Shown here piece by piece: positions 49,737 through 60,983 of a stretch of DNA of 64,000 nucleotides; positions within the stretch are counted from its first letter, which is position 1, and every line of letters begins with the position of its first letter. The stretch is from assembly GCF_003019035.1 (NCBI RefSeq), contig NZ_CP027447.1; one strand, written 5' to 3'. The translations under genes and the position numbers were made by a program. This stretch comes from Escherichia coli (lineage in GTDB: Bacteria; Pseudomonadota; Gammaproteobacteria; Enterobacterales; Enterobacteriaceae). Below the pieces are notes generated by a model. It saw only the letters and a program-made list of their open reading frames with translations, searched no databases and was not told where the DNA came from.

Positions 49737-51085
49737 GTCTGCTGCAATTCAGTGGCCTGTTTGTTGTCTGGCTGCTCTGCACGCTGTTTATTGCCACGCT
49801 GACCTGGTTTGAGTTTCGCCGTGTGCGCTTTAACTTCAATGTCTTCTTTTCATTGCTGTTTTTGCTCACCTTTTTCTTCGGCTTTCCGCTGACCAGCGTG
49901 CTGGTATTTCGCTTTGATGTTGGTGTCGCGCCGCCAGAAATCTTGTTGCAGGCGTTGCTTTCTGCAGGCTGCTTCTACGCGGTTTACTATGTCACCTACA
50001 AAACCCGTCTACGCAAACGCGTTGCTGATGCACCGCGCCGTCCGCTGTTTACCATGAACCGCGTGGAGACCAATCTCACGTGGGTGATCCTGATGGGCAT
50101 CGCGCTGGTAAGCGTCGGCATCTTCTTCATGCACAACGGCTTTTTGCTGTTCCGGCTTAACTCCTACAGTCAGATCTTCTCCAGTGAAGTCTCCGGCGTG
50201 GCGTTAAAACGCTTCTTTTACTTTTTCATCCCGGCGATGCTGGTGGTCTACTTTCTGCGCCAGGACAGCAAAGCGTGGCTGTTTTTCCTCGTCAGCACGG
50301 TCGCTTTTGGCTTGCTGACTTATATGATTGTCGGCGGCACTCGCGCCAATATCATCATCGCATTCGCTATCTTCCTGTTTATTGGCATTATTCGCGGCTG
50401 GATTTCGCTGTGGATGCTGGCGGCGGCGGGCGTGCTGGGGATTGTGGGCATGTTCTGGCTGGCGTTAAAACGCTATGGAATGAATGTGAGCGGCGATGAA
50501 GCGTTCTATACGTTTCTCTATCTCACTCGCGACACCTTTTCACCGTGGGAGAATCTGGCGTTGCTGTTGCAGAACTACGACAACATCGACTTCCAGGGCC
50601 TGGCTCCAATTGTCCGCGATTTCTATGTCTTTATCCCTTCCTGGCTGTGGCCGGGTCGCCCGAGTATGGTGCTGAACTCCGCCAACTACTTTACCTGGGA
50701 AGTGCTGAATAACCACTCCGGACTGGCGATCTCGCCTACGCTTATAGGCTCACTGGTGGTGATGGGCGGCGCGTTGTTCATCCCGCTCGGGGCGATTGTT
50801 GTTGGACTGATCATCAAATGGTTCGACTGGCTGTATGAGCTGGGCAACCGCGAGACTAATCGCTATAAGGCTGCGATATTGCACAGTTTCTGCTTCGGGG
50901 CGATCTTCAATATGATCGTGCTGGCGCGTGAAGGGCTGGATTCGTTTGTCTCACGCGTGGTCTTTTTTATCGTGGTCTTCGGCGCATGTCTGATGATCGC
51001 AAAACTGTTGTACTGGCTTTTTGAAAGCGCCGGACTCATTCATAAACGTACAAAATCATCGCTCCGGACGCAGGTTGAAGGATAA
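49733..51085 (+). CDS. wzyE: ECA polymerase
   Basis: 450 aa polytopic membrane protein. Confidence 0.93.
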   Translation: MSLLQFSGLFVVWLLCTLFIATLTWFEFRRVRFNFNVFFSLLFLLTFFFGFPLTSVLVFRFDVGVAPPEILLQALLSAGCFYAVYYVTYKTRLRKRVADAPRRPLFTMNRVETNLTWVILMGIALVSVGIFFMHNGFLLFRLNSYSQIFSSEVSGVALKRFFYFFIPAMLVVYFLRQDSKAWLFFLVSTVAFGLLTYMIVGGTRANIIIAFAIFLFIGIIRGWISLWMLAAAGVLGIVGMFWLALKRYGMNVSGDEAFYTFLYLTRDTFSPWENLALLLQNYDNIDFQGLAPIVRDFYVFIPSWLWPGRPSMVLNSANYFTWEVLNNHSGLAISPTLIGSLVVMGGALFIPLGAIVVGLIIKWFDWLYELGNRETNRYKAAILHSFCFGAIFNMIVLAREGLDSFVSRVVFFIVVFGACLMIAKLLYWLFESAGLIHKRTKSSLRTQVEG

Positions 51086-51087
51086 CA

Positions 51088-51828
51088 ATGAATAACAACA
51101 CCACGGCACCGACCTATACGCTGCGTGGCTTACAGTTGATTGGTTGGCGTGATATGCAGCACGCCCTCGATTATCTGTTTGCTGACGGGCAGCTTAAGCA
51201 GGGAACGCTGGTTGCCATTAATGCCGAAAAAATGCTGACCATTGAAGATAATGCTGAGGTCAGGGAGCTAATTAACGCTGCCGAATTTAAATATGCGGAT
51301 GGCATCAGCGTTGTACGTTCAGTACGTAAAAAGTACCCGCAGGCGCAGGTTTCCCGCGTTGCCGGGGCCGATCTCTGGGAAGAGCTGATGGCGCGCGCAG
51401 GCAAAGAAGGGACACCGGTATTTCTTGTGGGCGGTAAACCTGAAGTGCTGGCGCAAACTGAAACTAAACTGCGCAACCAGTGGAATGTGAATATCGTTGG
51501 CAGTCAGGATGGTTATTTTAAACCCGAGCAGCGTCAGGCGCTGTTTGAACGCATTCATGCCAGCGGTGCGCAAATCGTCACCGTTGCGATGGGATCGCCA
51601 AAGCAGGAGATCTTCATGCGCGACTGCCGTCTGGTGCATCCGGATGCGCTGTATATGGGCGTTGGCGGGACTTACGATGTTTTCACCGGTCACGTAAAAC
51701 GTGCACCGAAAATCTGGCAAACGCTGGGACTGGAGTGGCTCTACCGCCTGCTTTCGCAGCCGAGCCGCATTAAGCGTCAGCTTCGTTTGCTGCGTTATTT
51801 ACGCTGGCACTACACCGGCAACCTCTGA
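51088..51828 (+). CDS. wecG: UDP-ManNAcA:lipid I ManNAcA transferase
   Basis: 246 aa; last gene of the ECA cluster. Confidence 0.93.
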   Translation: MNNNTTAPTYTLRGLQLIGWRDMQHALDYLFADGQLKQGTLVAINAEKMLTIEDNAEVRELINAAEFKYADGISVVRSVRKKYPQAQVSRVAGADLWEELMARAGKEGTPVFLVGGKPEVLAQTETKLRNQWNVNIVGSQDGYFKPEQRQALFERIHASGAQIVTVAMGSPKQEIFMRDCRLVHPDALYMGVGGTYDVFTGHVKRAPKIWQTLGLEWLYRLLSQPSRIKRQLRLLRYLRWHYTGNL

Positions 51829-51847
51829 TTTTCCTCTCTTTGTAAAG

Positions 51848-51884
51848 CGACGGAGTGGTCACTCCGTCGCCTGTCTGCTTTTTT
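51848..51884 (+). terminator. rho-independent terminator after the ECA operon
   Basis: GCGACGGAGTG/CACTCCGTCGC stem followed by CTGTCTGCTTTTTT. Confidence 0.8.
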
Positions 51885-52018
51885 ATTACACAAAGCATTC
51901 AAATTTTTAATGCTTTATTTGCCATTTCTCCTGAATTACGAAAACATTCGCAACACTCGATGTACCCATAACGATAACCGGTAACACCGGAAAGCATGCA
52001 AACACAACACGAGGATTT

Positions 52019-53404
52019 ATGGCAGATAACAAACCAGAGCTACAGCGTGGGCTGGAAGCTCGACATATCGAACTCATCGCCCTGGGGGGCACCATTGGCG
52101 TCGGCCTGTTTATGGGGGCCGCCAGTACCCTGAAATGGGCCGGGCCATCCGTATTGTTGGCCTATATCATCGCCGGGCTATTCGTCTTTTTCATCATGCG
52201 TTCAATGGGCGAAATGTTGTTCCTCGAACCTGTTACCGGTTCGTTCGCCGTTTATGCGCATCGTTATATGAGCCCGTTTTTTGGCTATCTCACCGCCTGG
52301 TCTTACTGGTTTATGTGGATGGCGGTGGGGATCTCAGAAATCACCGCCATTGGCGTTTATGTCCAGTTCTGGTTCCCGGAGATGGCGCAGTGGATACCCG
52401 CATTGATCGCGGTGGCGCTGGTGGCGTTGGCGAATCTGGCGGCGGTGCGGTTGTACGGCGAAATCGAGTTCTGGTTTGCGATGATCAAAGTCACCACGAT
52501 TATCGTGATGATTGTCATTGGCCTGGGCGTGATTTTCTTTGGCTTTGGCAATGGCGGGCAGTCGATTGGTTTTAGCAATCTCACAGAGCATGGCGGTTTC
52601 TTTGCGGGGGGCTGGAAAGGGTTCCTGACCGCGCTGTGTATTGTGGTGGCGTCCTACCAGGGCGTGGAGCTGATTGGCATTACTGCCGGTGAAGCGAAGA
52701 ATCCGCAGGTGACGCTGCGCAGTGCCGTAGGCAAGGTGCTGTGGCGAATCCTGATTTTCTACGTAGGCGCGATTTTCGTTATCGTCACCATCTTCCCGTG
52801 GAATGAAATAGGCAGCAACGGCAGCCCGTTCGTACTGACTTTCGCCAAAATCGGCATTACCGCAGCGGCGGGTATTATCAACTTTGTGGTGCTGACGGCT
52901 GCGCTCTCTGGCTGTAACAGCGGCATGTACAGTTGCGGACGTATGCTCTATGCACTGGCGAAAAACCGTCAGTTACCGGCGGCAATGGCGAAAGTTTCCC
53001 GTCACGGCGTACCGGTTGCGGGTGTGGCAGTATCTATTGCTATCCTGTTAATTGGCTCATGCCTGAACTACATCATTCCCAATCCGCAGCGTGTGTTTGT
53101 CTACGTCTACAGTGCCAGCGTGCTTCCGGGGATGGTGCCATGGTTTGTGATATTGATAAGCCAGCTGCGTTTTCGTCGTGCGCATAAAGCGGCGATTGCC
53201 AGCCATCCGTTCCGCTCAATCCTGTTCCCGTGGGCCAACTACGTAACAATGGCATTCCTGATTTGCGTTTTGATCGGCATGTACTTTAATGAAGATACGC
53301 GTATGTCGCTGTTTGTCGGCATCATCTTTATGCTGGCGGTGACGACGATTTATAAAATTTTTGGGCTTAATCGCCACGGTAAAGCGCATAAACTGGAGGA
53401 ATAA
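52019..53404 (+). CDS. yifK: APC family amino acid permease
   Basis: 461 aa, 12 predicted helices; position before the tRNA cluster. Confidence 0.92.
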   Translation: MADNKPELQRGLEARHIELIALGGTIGVGLFMGAASTLKWAGPSVLLAYIIAGLFVFFIMRSMGEMLFLEPVTGSFAVYAHRYMSPFFGYLTAWSYWFMWMAVGISEITAIGVYVQFWFPEMAQWIPALIAVALVALANLAAVRLYGEIEFWFAMIKVTTIIVMIVIGLGVIFFGFGNGGQSIGFSNLTEHGGFFAGGWKGFLTALCIVVASYQGVELIGITAGEAKNPQVTLRSAVGKVLWRILIFYVGAIFVIVTIFPWNEIGSNGSPFVLTFAKIGITAAAGIINFVVLTAALSGCNSGMYSCGRMLYALAKNRQLPAAMAKVSRHGVPVAGVAVSIAILLIGSCLNYIIPNPQRVFVYVYSASVLPGMVPWFVILISQLRFRRAHKAAIASHPFRSILFPWANYVTMAFLICVLIGMYFNEDTRMSLFVGIIFMLAVTTIYKIFGLNRHGKAHKLEE

Positions 53405-53506
53405 GCAGCAAAACGCACAAACCGTAACCAAACGCGCAATTTATTTAAAAAGGGACTAGACAGAGGGGTGGGAAGTCCGTATTATCCACCCCCGCAACGG
53501 CGCTAA

Positions 53507-53583
<77 letters not shown>

Positions 53584-53640
53584 TTTAGTCCCGGCGCTTG
53601 AGCTGCGGTGGTAGTAATACCGCGTAACAAGATTTGTAGT

Positions 53641-53717
53641 GGTGGCTATAGCTCAGTTGGTAGAGCCCTGGATTGTGATTCCAGTTGTCGTGGGTTCGAA
53701 TCCCATTAGCCACCCCA
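53641..53717 (+). tRNA. hisR: tRNA-His (anticodon GUG), with the extra 5' G
   Basis: GGTGGCTATAGCTCAGTTGGTAGAGC...ATTAGCCACCCCA. Confidence 0.94.
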
Positions 53718-53737
53718 TTATTAGAAGTTGTGACAAT

Positions 53738-53824
53738 GCGAAGGTGGCGGAATTGGTAGACGCGCTAGCTTCAGGTGTTAGTGTCCTTACGGACGTGGGG
53801 GTTCAAGTCCCCCCCCTCGCACCA
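53738..53824 (+). tRNA. leuT: tRNA-Leu (anticodon CAG), long variable arm
   Basis: GCGAAGGTGGCGGAATTGGTAGACGC...CCCCCCCTCGCACCA; 87 nt. Confidence 0.94.
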
Positions 53825-53866
53825 CGACTTTAAAGAATTGAACTAAAAATTCAAAAAGCAGTATTT

Positions 53867-53943
53867 CGGCGAGTAGCGCAGCTTGGTAGCGCAACTGGTT
53901 TGGGACCAGTGGGTCGGAGGTTCGAATCCTCTCTCGCCGACCA
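53867..53943 (+). tRNA. proM: tRNA-Pro (anticodon UGG)
   Basis: CGGCGAGTAGCGCAGCTTGGTAGCGC...TCTCGCCGACCA. Confidence 0.94.
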
Positions 53944-53949
53944 ATTTTG

Positions 53950-53975
53950 AACCCCGCTTCGGCGGGGTTTTTTGT
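53950..53975 (+). terminator. rho-independent terminator after the tRNA cluster
   Basis: AACCCCGC-TTCG-GCGGGGTT hairpin followed by a T run. Confidence 0.85.
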
Positions 53976-54089
53976 TTTCTGTGCATTTCGTCACTTTCCC
54001 TTCGCAATAAACGCCCGTAATAACGCATTGCGCCACGGTATGATTTCGCCCTTAACTTATTGAAGGATGACTTCAGGCAAGGAGCGACC

Positions 54090-55325
54090 ATGCTGCAACA
54101 GGTTCCAACGCGTGCTTTTCATGTGATGGCGAAACCGAGCGGTTCCGATTGTAATCTGAACTGTGACTACTGTTTTTATCTCGAAAAACAATCCCTTTAC
54201 CGCGAAAAGCCAGTCACGCATATGGACGATGACACGCTGGAAGCGTATGTCCGTCACTATATCGCTGCCAGCGAAACCCAAAACGAAGTGGCTTTTACCT
54301 GGCAGGGCGGCGAACCAACGTTACTCGGGCTGGATTTTTACCGCCGTGCCGTGGCGCTACAGGCGAAATATGGTGCTGACAGGAAGATAAGTAACAGCTT
54401 CCAGACTAATGGCGTGCTGCTTGATGACGAATGGTGTGCATTTCTGGCAGAAAATCATTTTCTTGTTGGGTTATCGCTGGATGGTCCGGCTGAGATCCAC
54501 AATCAATATCGCGTGACCAAAGGCGGCAGACCAACGCATAAGCTGGTGATGCGTGCCCTGACGCTCCTGCAAAAACATCATGTCGACTATAACGTGCTGG
54601 TCTGCGTAAATCGCACCAGTGCGTTACAACCTTTGCAAATCTATGATTTTCTGTGTGATGCAGGTGTTGAGTTCATCCAGTTTATTCCTGTGGTCGAGCG
54701 CCTGGCTGATGAAACGGCTGCTCATGCTGGACTTAAGCTACATGCTCCCGGCGATATTCAGGGCGAACTGACGGAATGGTCGGTGTGCCCGCAAGAGTTC
54801 GGTGAGTTTCTGGTGGCGATATTCGACCACTGGATTAGGCGCGACGTCGGTAAGATTTTCGTAATGAATATCGAATGGGCGTTCGCCAATTTTGTCGGTG
54901 CGCCAGGAGCGGTTTGCCATCATCAGCCAACCTGTGGGCGCTCGGTGATTGTTGAACACAACGGCGACGTTTACGCCTGCGATCACTATGTTTATTCGCA
55001 ATATCGACTGGGGAATATGCTTCAGCAGACAATTGCAGAAATGGTAGATTCCCCGCAACAGCAGGTGTTTGGTGAAGATAAATTTAAGCAGTTACCAGCG
55101 CAGTGTCGCAGTTGTAACGTGTTAAAAGCATGTTGGGGAGGCTGCCCGAAACACCGCTTTATGCTCGATGCCAGCGGCAAACCGGGGCTGAATTATTTGT
55201 GTGCCGGGTATCAGCGTTATTTCCGCCATCTACCGCCATATCTTAAAGCAATGGCTGATTTGCTGGCGCACGGTCGTCCGGCCAGCGACATTATGCAGGC
55301 GCATTTGATGGTGGTGAATAAGTAG
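54090..55325 (+). CDS. aslB: anaerobic sulfatase-maturating enzyme homologue (radical SAM)
   Basis: ORF track N-extended; recalled protein starts MLQQVP at the ATG at 54090; CxxxCxxC motif (CNLNCDYCFY); 411 aa. Confidence 0.92.
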   Translation: MLQQVPTRAFHVMAKPSGSDCNLNCDYCFYLEKQSLYREKPVTHMDDDTLEAYVRHYIAASETQNEVAFTWQGGEPTLLGLDFYRRAVALQAKYGADRKISNSFQTNGVLLDDEWCAFLAENHFLVGLSLDGPAEIHNQYRVTKGGRPTHKLVMRALTLLQKHHVDYNVLVCVNRTSALQPLQIYDFLCDAGVEFIQFIPVVERLADETAAHAGLKLHAPGDIQGELTEWSVCPQEFGEFLVAIFDHWIRRDVGKIFVMNIEWAFANFVGAPGAVCHHQPTCGRSVIVEHNGDVYACDHYVYSQYRLGNMLQQTIAEMVDSPQQQVFGEDKFKQLPAQCRSCNVLKACWGGCPKHRFMLDASGKPGLNYLCAGYQRYFRHLPPYLKAMADLLAHGRPASDIMQAHLMVVNK

Positions 55326-55351
55326 AAATCGGCGGCCGCCTGCGGTTGATT

Positions 55352-55455
55352 GCCGGATGCGGCGTGAACGCCTTATCCGGCCTACAATCCTTGCAAATTC
55401 AATAAATTGCAGCGTTCTGTAGGCTGGATAAGATGCGTCAGCATCGCATCCGGCA
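55352..55455. repeat. pair of inverted REP elements (BIME-like) between aslB and aslA
   Basis: GCCGGATGCGGCGTGAACGCCTTATCCGGCCTACA and, inverted, TGTAGGCTGGATAAGATGCGTCAGCATCGCATCCGGCA. Confidence 0.85.
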
Positions 55456-55482
55456 AAGGCAGATCTCAGCGATAGCGCCGGC

Positions 55483-57138
55483 TTAGTCAGATTTAATCTG
55501 CGCGCGTGGTGGATATTTTTTCAGGATCTCCATATACGCGTGCATTTCGGTCTGTAGCGGTACACCCATCGGAATATGGCGCACGCCGATGGAGTCGCTT
55601 TCCTGCGGATCGGTGTACAGGTTAAACACCGACGATCCCGCCGTTTGCATTACTGTGCCGGTGAATCCACCCTGATACCCGCTCTGGGTATACGCGTACG
55701 GTTGCTGGATCAGGACGTGATACTTGAACTCATCCATACGCACAGCAGAAAGTTTACCGTTGAGGAAGTAGTGCTCGGCCTTACGGTTAGACTGACCATT
55801 TGTTCCCAGGAAGAAAGATGTCTGGTCCACACCATCGATAAAGGTGGTTTTCGGTACTAAATTCGCTACTTTCGCCCCAGGATGCCCCGCCAGATCCAGC
55901 GCCGTAGGGAAGAGATCCGCCAGATCGACAATGCCGTCAGATTTACGCGGTTGGATCATGCCTTTCCAGTAAACGAAGGTTGGCACACGAACGCCGCCTT
56001 CCCATGTAGAACCTTTCGCACCGCGGAACGGCGTGCGACCGTGCGGCGGAACTTCGGCTTCCGGACCGTTATCAGAGGTGAACACAATCAGCGTGTTATC
56101 AAGCTGACCGTTTTTCTCCAGTGCTTTATACAGATTGGCGAAGATATCGTTCATCTCCACCATGCAGTCGCCGTAAGAGGTGCGCGCCGGAGAGCTACCC
56201 GCATATTTCGCATTTGGGTAGTTATCGAAGTGACAGCCGCGAGTGCCGTAGTAGAGGAAGAAAGGCTTATCGCTCTTCGCCATCTTGTCGAGGAACTTAA
56301 CGCCATATTCCATCCAGCGTTGATCCAGGTCTTCCATATATTTCGGCGTAATGTCGGCAATGGCTTCCTGTTCACCGCCGCGCACGGCATGAACGTCATC
56401 TTTGCTGAACGGCAGTTTTTGGATGTATTCAGAACGATCCGGGCTCAGGGCGACTTCCGGGTTGACGTGAACATCACGCCATTCGGTATACATATCGGAT
56501 ACCGAGTTAAAGCCGCGGAAATCATCAAAGCCAACGTTCTGCGGCTGCGACTCTTTGTTTTCCCCCATATGCCATTTCCCGATGGCCTGAGTGACGTAGC
56601 CCTGATCGTGCAGCAACTGCGGCAGAGTGGTTAACCCTTGCAGACCGCCCGGTTGCCCGTACATTGGCGGCATCAGAATGCCGTGGTGGATGGAGTATTG
56701 TCCGGTAAGAATCGTGGCGCGGGTTGGGGAAGAACTCGGTTGAGAATACGCCGAAGTTAAAATCAGCCCCTGGCTGGCAACGGCGTCGATATCTGGTGTA
56801 GGGTTACCCACCGCCACGCCGCCGCCGTTAAAGCCAACATCCATCCAGCCCACATCATCCAGCAAGAAAACAACCACGTTCGGTTTCTTACCGGTTTTTT
56901 TCTCAAGTTCTGCCAGCTTCTGCTGGGTTTCTTTGTCTTGTGCAGGATGCTGCATCACCGGCATCATGTTGTCGGCAATAGTGGTCGCCGGTTTAACCAG
57001 ATACTGGTTTGGGTGATCGTATCCGGCAAAGCCTTTGCGTGCGGTGGCGGTTGACGGGGTATCTGCCGCGTTGGCCATGAGTGGAAGAGCGGCGGCGACA
57101 GCCACAACAAGAAGTTTGGGTGAAAACGAAAATTCCAT
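55483..57138 (-). CDS. aslA: arylsulfatase
   Basis: 551 aa with a signal peptide and the sulfatase signature CxPxR ([11 protein letters not shown]). Confidence 0.93.
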   Translation of the reverse strand: MEFSFSPKLLVVAVAAALPLMANAADTPSTATARKGFAGYDHPNQYLVKPATTIADNMMPVMQHPAQDKETQQKLAELEKKTGKKPNVVVFLLDDVGWMDVGFNGGGVAVGNPTPDIDAVASQGLILTSAYSQPSSSPTRATILTGQYSIHHGILMPPMYGQPGGLQGLTTLPQLLHDQGYVTQAIGKWHMGENKESQPQNVGFDDFRGFNSVSDMYTEWRDVHVNPEVALSPDRSEYIQKLPFSKDDVHAVRGGEQEAIADITPKYMEDLDQRWMEYGVKFLDKMAKSDKPFFLYYGTRGCHFDNYPNAKYAGSSPARTSYGDCMVEMNDIFANLYKALEKNGQLDNTLIVFTSDNGPEAEVPPHGRTPFRGAKGSTWEGGVRVPTFVYWKGMIQPRKSDGIVDLADLFPTALDLAGHPGAKVANLVPKTTFIDGVDQTSFFLGTNGQSNRKAEHYFLNGKLSAVRMDEFKYHVLIQQPYAYTQSGYQGGFTGTVMQTAGSSVFNLYTDPQESDSIGVRHIPMGVPLQTEMHAYMEILKKYPPRAQIKSD

Positions 57139-57562
57139 GCAAAATGCTCCGGTTTCATGTCGTCAAAATGTTGACGTAATTAAGCATTGATAATTGAGAT
57201 CCCTCTCCCTGACAGGATGATTGCATAAATAATAGTGATGAAAATAAATTATTTATTTATCCAGATAATGAATTGGAAAATCAGGAGAGCGTTTTCAATC
57301 CTACCTCTGGCGCAGGTGATATGTAAGGCGGTGATGTTATATCGCGTTGATTATTGATGCTGTTTTTAGTTTTAACGGCAATTAATATATATGTTATTAA
57401 TTGAATGAATTTTATTATTCATTATATATATGTGTAGAATCGTGCGCAGGAGAAATATTCACTCAGGAAGTTATTACTCAGGAAGCAAAGAGGATTACAG
57501 AATTATCTCATAACAAGTATTAAGGGATGTTATTTCCCAGTTCTCTGTGGCATAATAAACGA

Positions 57563-57759
57563 GTAGATGCTCATTCCATCTCTTATGTTCGCCTTAGTGC
57601 CTCATAAACTCCGGAATGACGCAGAGCCGTTTACGGTGCTTATCGTCCACTGACAGATGTCGCTTATGCCTCATCAGACACCATGGACACAACGTTGAGT
57701 GAAGCACCCACTTGTTGTCATACAGACCTGTTTTAACGCCTGCTCCGTAATAAGAGCAG
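57563..57759 (+). ncRNA. glmZ: small RNA GlmZ
   Basis: sequence from GTAGATGCTCATTCCATCTCTTATGTTCGCC to the terminator AACGCCTGCTC...GAGCAGGCGTTTTTTT matches GlmZ as I recall it; a CATAAT -10 hexamer lies just upstream of the G at 57563. Confidence 0.85.
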
Positions 57760-57816
57760 GCGTTTTTTTATGTATCAGAAAGGTCCCGGAGGTGCTTGCC
57801 TCCGGGTGAGAAAGAA

Positions 57817-59013
57817 CTACTGTGGCGGGTTGTTCTGCAACGTTAACATCAAACCGTCGCGGCGCATCGCTGCAGCTTCTTCTGGTTTGTGCAGTCTGTC
57901 CAGCGCGTCGGCAAGCCATGCGTAATCGTAGGCGTCCGGACGTTGTTTCAGCGCCGCGCGGAAGGCGAGCGATGCTTCCTGCCATTCGCCGTGCTTCATC
58001 AGCGACTGACCCAGTGTGCTCCACAACAGCGGGCGATCGCCCACGTTTTTGATCTGTTGGCGCAGCACTTTTTCCAGCTGTTCCGGGTTATTGGTTTTCA
58101 GACGCGGGATCGGCAGCAGCAGGCGATCGTCATACTGGCGTTTCAGGCCGTCGATGATAATTTGCTGGGCAGTATCATGATCGTCACATTCAATAAGATG
58201 TTCCGCCATTGCCACCTGCAACGCCACCTGATGACGCGTTTTCCGGCTTTGGTTTTTCCACCAGTTACGCAAACCTTCGCTACCGTTATCGGCACGCGCC
58301 TGATCCATCAGGCCAATCCATGCCTGTTGTTCCAGCATTGCACGATGTTCTTCATCGCCAACGTGGGCTTTCGCCATTGATGGGATGATATCCAGCAGCG
58401 AACTCCATGCACCAGTGCGGATATACGCCTGTTCCGCCAGACGTAATACTTCCGGATGGCGTGGCGTAACTTCCAGCAGCTTATCAACGCCGTGACGTGC
58501 TGCATGGTTTTCATTACGGGCCAGTTGCAGACGTACACGGGTGATTTCTACCGGAATTGTGTCGTTGCCGGCCAGCTCCGCTGCGCGTTCCAGATGTTGG
58601 TTGGCGCGTGCTTCATCACCGCGTTGTTGCGCGGCTTCGGCAGCCAGCAGATAGTTCACCACCGGTTGTTCAGCGTGATCGGCATTTTTCGCCATCAGCT
58701 TTTCAACTTGCTGATAATCGCCTTCCGCTAGTTTCAGCAGCGCCTGTTCGGTCTGCTTACGGGCACGGCGACGCTTACGTCCGACAAACCACCCACGGGT
58801 GTGCGCGCCAGTGCGGAAGATCCGCCGCAGTAGCCACTCAATGGCAAACAGCACTACCATCGCCAGAATCAAAATAATCGCCAGGCCCGTGACGCTGGTT
58901 TCGATATTGTAGTTGTCGGTCTGAATCAATACGTAACCCTGATGACCGGCAATCATCGGGCCAACCACGATCCCCGCAATCAGCAAAACAAAGAGCAATA
59001 ACACTTTTAGCAT
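57817..59013 (-). CDS. hemY: protoheme IX biogenesis protein (TPR-like)
   Basis: 398 aa; N-terminal transmembrane segments. Confidence 0.93.
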   Translation of the reverse strand: MLKVLLLFVLLIAGIVVGPMIAGHQGYVLIQTDNYNIETSVTGLAIILILAMVVLFAIEWLLRRIFRTGAHTRGWFVGRKRRRARKQTEQALLKLAEGDYQQVEKLMAKNADHAEQPVVNYLLAAEAAQQRGDEARANQHLERAAELAGNDTIPVEITRVRLQLARNENHAARHGVDKLLEVTPRHPEVLRLAEQAYIRTGAWSSLLDIIPSMAKAHVGDEEHRAMLEQQAWIGLMDQARADNGSEGLRNWWKNQSRKTRHQVALQVAMAEHLIECDDHDTAQQIIIDGLKRQYDDRLLLPIPRLKTNNPEQLEKVLRQQIKNVGDRPLLWSTLGQSLMKHGEWQEASLAFRAALKQRPDAYDYAWLADALDRLHKPEEAAAMRRDGLMLTLQNNPPQ

Positions 59014-59015
59014 GG

Positions 59016-60221
59016 TTATTCTCCTTGCGGCGCGGCTGCCGGAGTATCAGCTTGCGGTGCAGGTGCAGGTGCAGGTGCAGGTGCAGGTGCAGGTTTAGCT
59101 TCCGTTGTCCCTGCTGCCGGTTGTGCCAGCAGGTTACGCACGCGGGTCTGCATCAGTTTTTCCAGCATCGCCTGGCTTTGCAGGGTTTCCGGGAGATCCA
59201 TCGAGATATTTTGCTGGCTTAACTGGTCCACCTCGTCGAGGAACGCTTTGGTGGTGGCATCATCAGTATCGTAGTAAGCACGTACCCAGGTGGAGACATT
59301 CTCCAGCGCCTGGCGATAAGTCTCTTCCTGATGACGCGGTACAGCTTGTGCAGCGACCAGCAGGCGAGAGCGAATATTTTCGCGCAGATAGATATCCTGA
59401 TTTGGCGCTAACAGCGGTACGGCGGTGTCATCACGACGGCGAATCGTAATGAAGTTGTCCATAAAGTTCTGCCAGCTTTTTTGCAGATTGATACGCCATT
59501 CGCTGATGGAACTGGAAAGCTCTTCACCGTCGGAATCCATCGGCGAACCATCGCTGTCATTATCAGCCAGACGCAGGTTATCTACCTGATTTGAAAGCTG
59601 ATTAAGCTTAAGGATAATGCCGTCATAATCCACCTGCGATACCGCAGAAAGGCTGGCGATATCATCGGTAATTGCCCGGCGAACGGTAATCAGACTCGGG
59701 TCATTCATATCCGCCAGGCTGGCGTCTGCACTTTTCAGCAACGCTGCAGCGGTCGTGACGTCCTGATCGCTCCACAGCTTCCGTCCGGCGAGTTTCACCA
59801 GGAAATCAGCCTGAGCCAGCAGCCAGGTTTTAGCATCGCTGCCGGAAATAGTCGCGACCTTTTGTTGGACTTCATCCAGCTGTTTTGCCAGCGTTTCTTG
59901 CTGACGATTCGCCTGCTCAAGCTGTACAGCTTGTTGCTTGATAATGCCTTCCAGCTCAGCTTTTTGGCTCTCCTGGGCTTTTTGCAGTGCCGTCAGTTGA
60001 TTAGCCAGGGCATCGCTGGTGGCAGTCTGATTGACGGCCTGTTGTTTACCCCAGCCATACAAACCGACGCCCGCCGCCAGAGCAATAGCGATAGCCACCG
60101 CGCTGAGAATCAATGCGGTATTGTTCTTACTCTTTTTTTCTGTTGCGACAGGTTGTGACGTGGTGTCCACGGCCTCCCTGGTCTCTTCAACCACGGCGGA
60201 GGTTTTTTCTTGTTCCGTCAT
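59016..60221 (-). CDS. hemX: HemX, membrane protein with coiled-coil region and a C-terminal Pro-Ala repeat
   Basis: 401 aa; C-terminus [26 protein letters not shown]. Confidence 0.9.
   Translation of the reverse strand: MTEQEKTSAVVEETREAVDTTSQPVATEKKSKNNTALILSAVAIAIALAAGVGLYGWGKQQAVNQTATSDALANQLTALQKAQESQKAELEGIIKQQAVQLEQANRQQETLAKQLDEVQQKVATISGSDAKTWLLAQADFLVKLAGRKLWSDQDVTTAAALLKSADASLADMNDPSLITVRRAITDDIASLSAVSQVDYDGIILKLNQLSNQVDNLRLADNDSDGSPMDSDGEELSSSISEWRINLQKSWQNFMDNFITIRRRDDTAVPLLAPNQDIYLRENIRSRLLVAAQAVPRHQEETYRQALENVSTWVRAYYDTDDATTKAFLDEVDQLSQQNISMDLPETLQSQAMLEKLMQTRVRNLLAQPAAGTTEAKPAPAPAPAPAPAPQADTPAAAPQGE
59056..59095. repeat. hexanucleotide tandem repeat, 6 units of GGTGCA on the plus strand, encoding (PA)6 in hemX
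   Basis: TGCGGTGCAGGTGCAGGTGCAGGTGCAGGTGCAGGTGCAGGTTT read directly. Confidence 0.9.
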
Positions 60222-60242
60222 TATGGCTTCCTGTTATGAGAG

Positions 60243-60983
60243 TTATTGTAATGCCCGTAAAAGCGCATCGTTGTCAGCGTTATCGGCGACCTTAATGTCT
60301 TGCCAGCCCAGTTCCCGGGCGAGTTTCGCCAAACGCTCACTGACGACCAATAGTCGACAGTGTAGTAACCAGTGCTCACGATACCATTGTGGGATCAGCG
60401 ACCAGAGTTGCTGCAACATTTCACCGCTGGTAACAACGACCGTCGTCACCTCGCGGGATTGCCAGCGCATCGCTTCTTCTGCACCATCGTAATGGATTGC
60501 GCATCGTTGATAACATTCACAAAAAGTGACCTCAGCACCGCGCGCCGTCAGGGTATCCCCAATTAGCTCACGACCGCCATTGCCACGTAATATCAGCGCA
60601 CGTTTGCCCGCAATATTTTGTAATTCAGGTAATTGTAGCAAGACTTCGCTGATTTCCCGATCCTGCGGGTAGAGAATCTTCTGTCCGCTTACGGTATGTA
60701 GTGCCAGTGCGGTGGTGCGTCCAATGGCGAAATAATCAGGTAGTCGGGGCCATTTACGATCTTGCTGATGCAGCTGTGATTGGGCAAAAGCAACCGCGTG
60801 TTGCGAGAGGGCAAACAACAGATCGCTCTCCCCCAGCGCCGCCAGTTGATCAGCAAGTTGTGGTAATTGTCGACCCGGAGAAAACTCAATCAGTGGAAAA
60901 TGCCAGGCCACCTGCCCCAGTGTGCGCAGACGGCTCACTAACTCTTCTCCAGCGGGAGACGGGCGGGTGACCAGGATACTCAT
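60243..60983 (-). CDS. hemD: uroporphyrinogen-III synthase
   Basis: 246 aa; overlaps the hemC stop. Confidence 0.94.
   Translation of the reverse strand: MSILVTRPSPAGEELVSRLRTLGQVAWHFPLIEFSPGRQLPQLADQLAALGESDLLFALSQHAVAFAQSQLHQQDRKWPRLPDYFAIGRTTALALHTVSGQKILYPQDREISEVLLQLPELQNIAGKRALILRGNGGRELIGDTLTARGAEVTFCECYQRCAIHYDGAEEAMRWQSREVTTVVVTSGEMLQQLWSLIPQWYREHWLLHCRLLVVSERLAKLARELGWQDIKVADNADNDALLRALQ

Noticed and set aside
55352-55455. Novel structured element between aslB and aslA
   Set aside because: The inverted GCCGGATGCG...CCGGCCTACA units are ordinary REP/BIME extragenic palindromes common throughout E. coli.
59056-59095. Possible CRISPR-like repeat
   Set aside because: It is a contiguous 6 bp microsatellite inside the hemX coding frame with no spacers. 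No repeat-spacer array or cas genes occur anywhere in the window.
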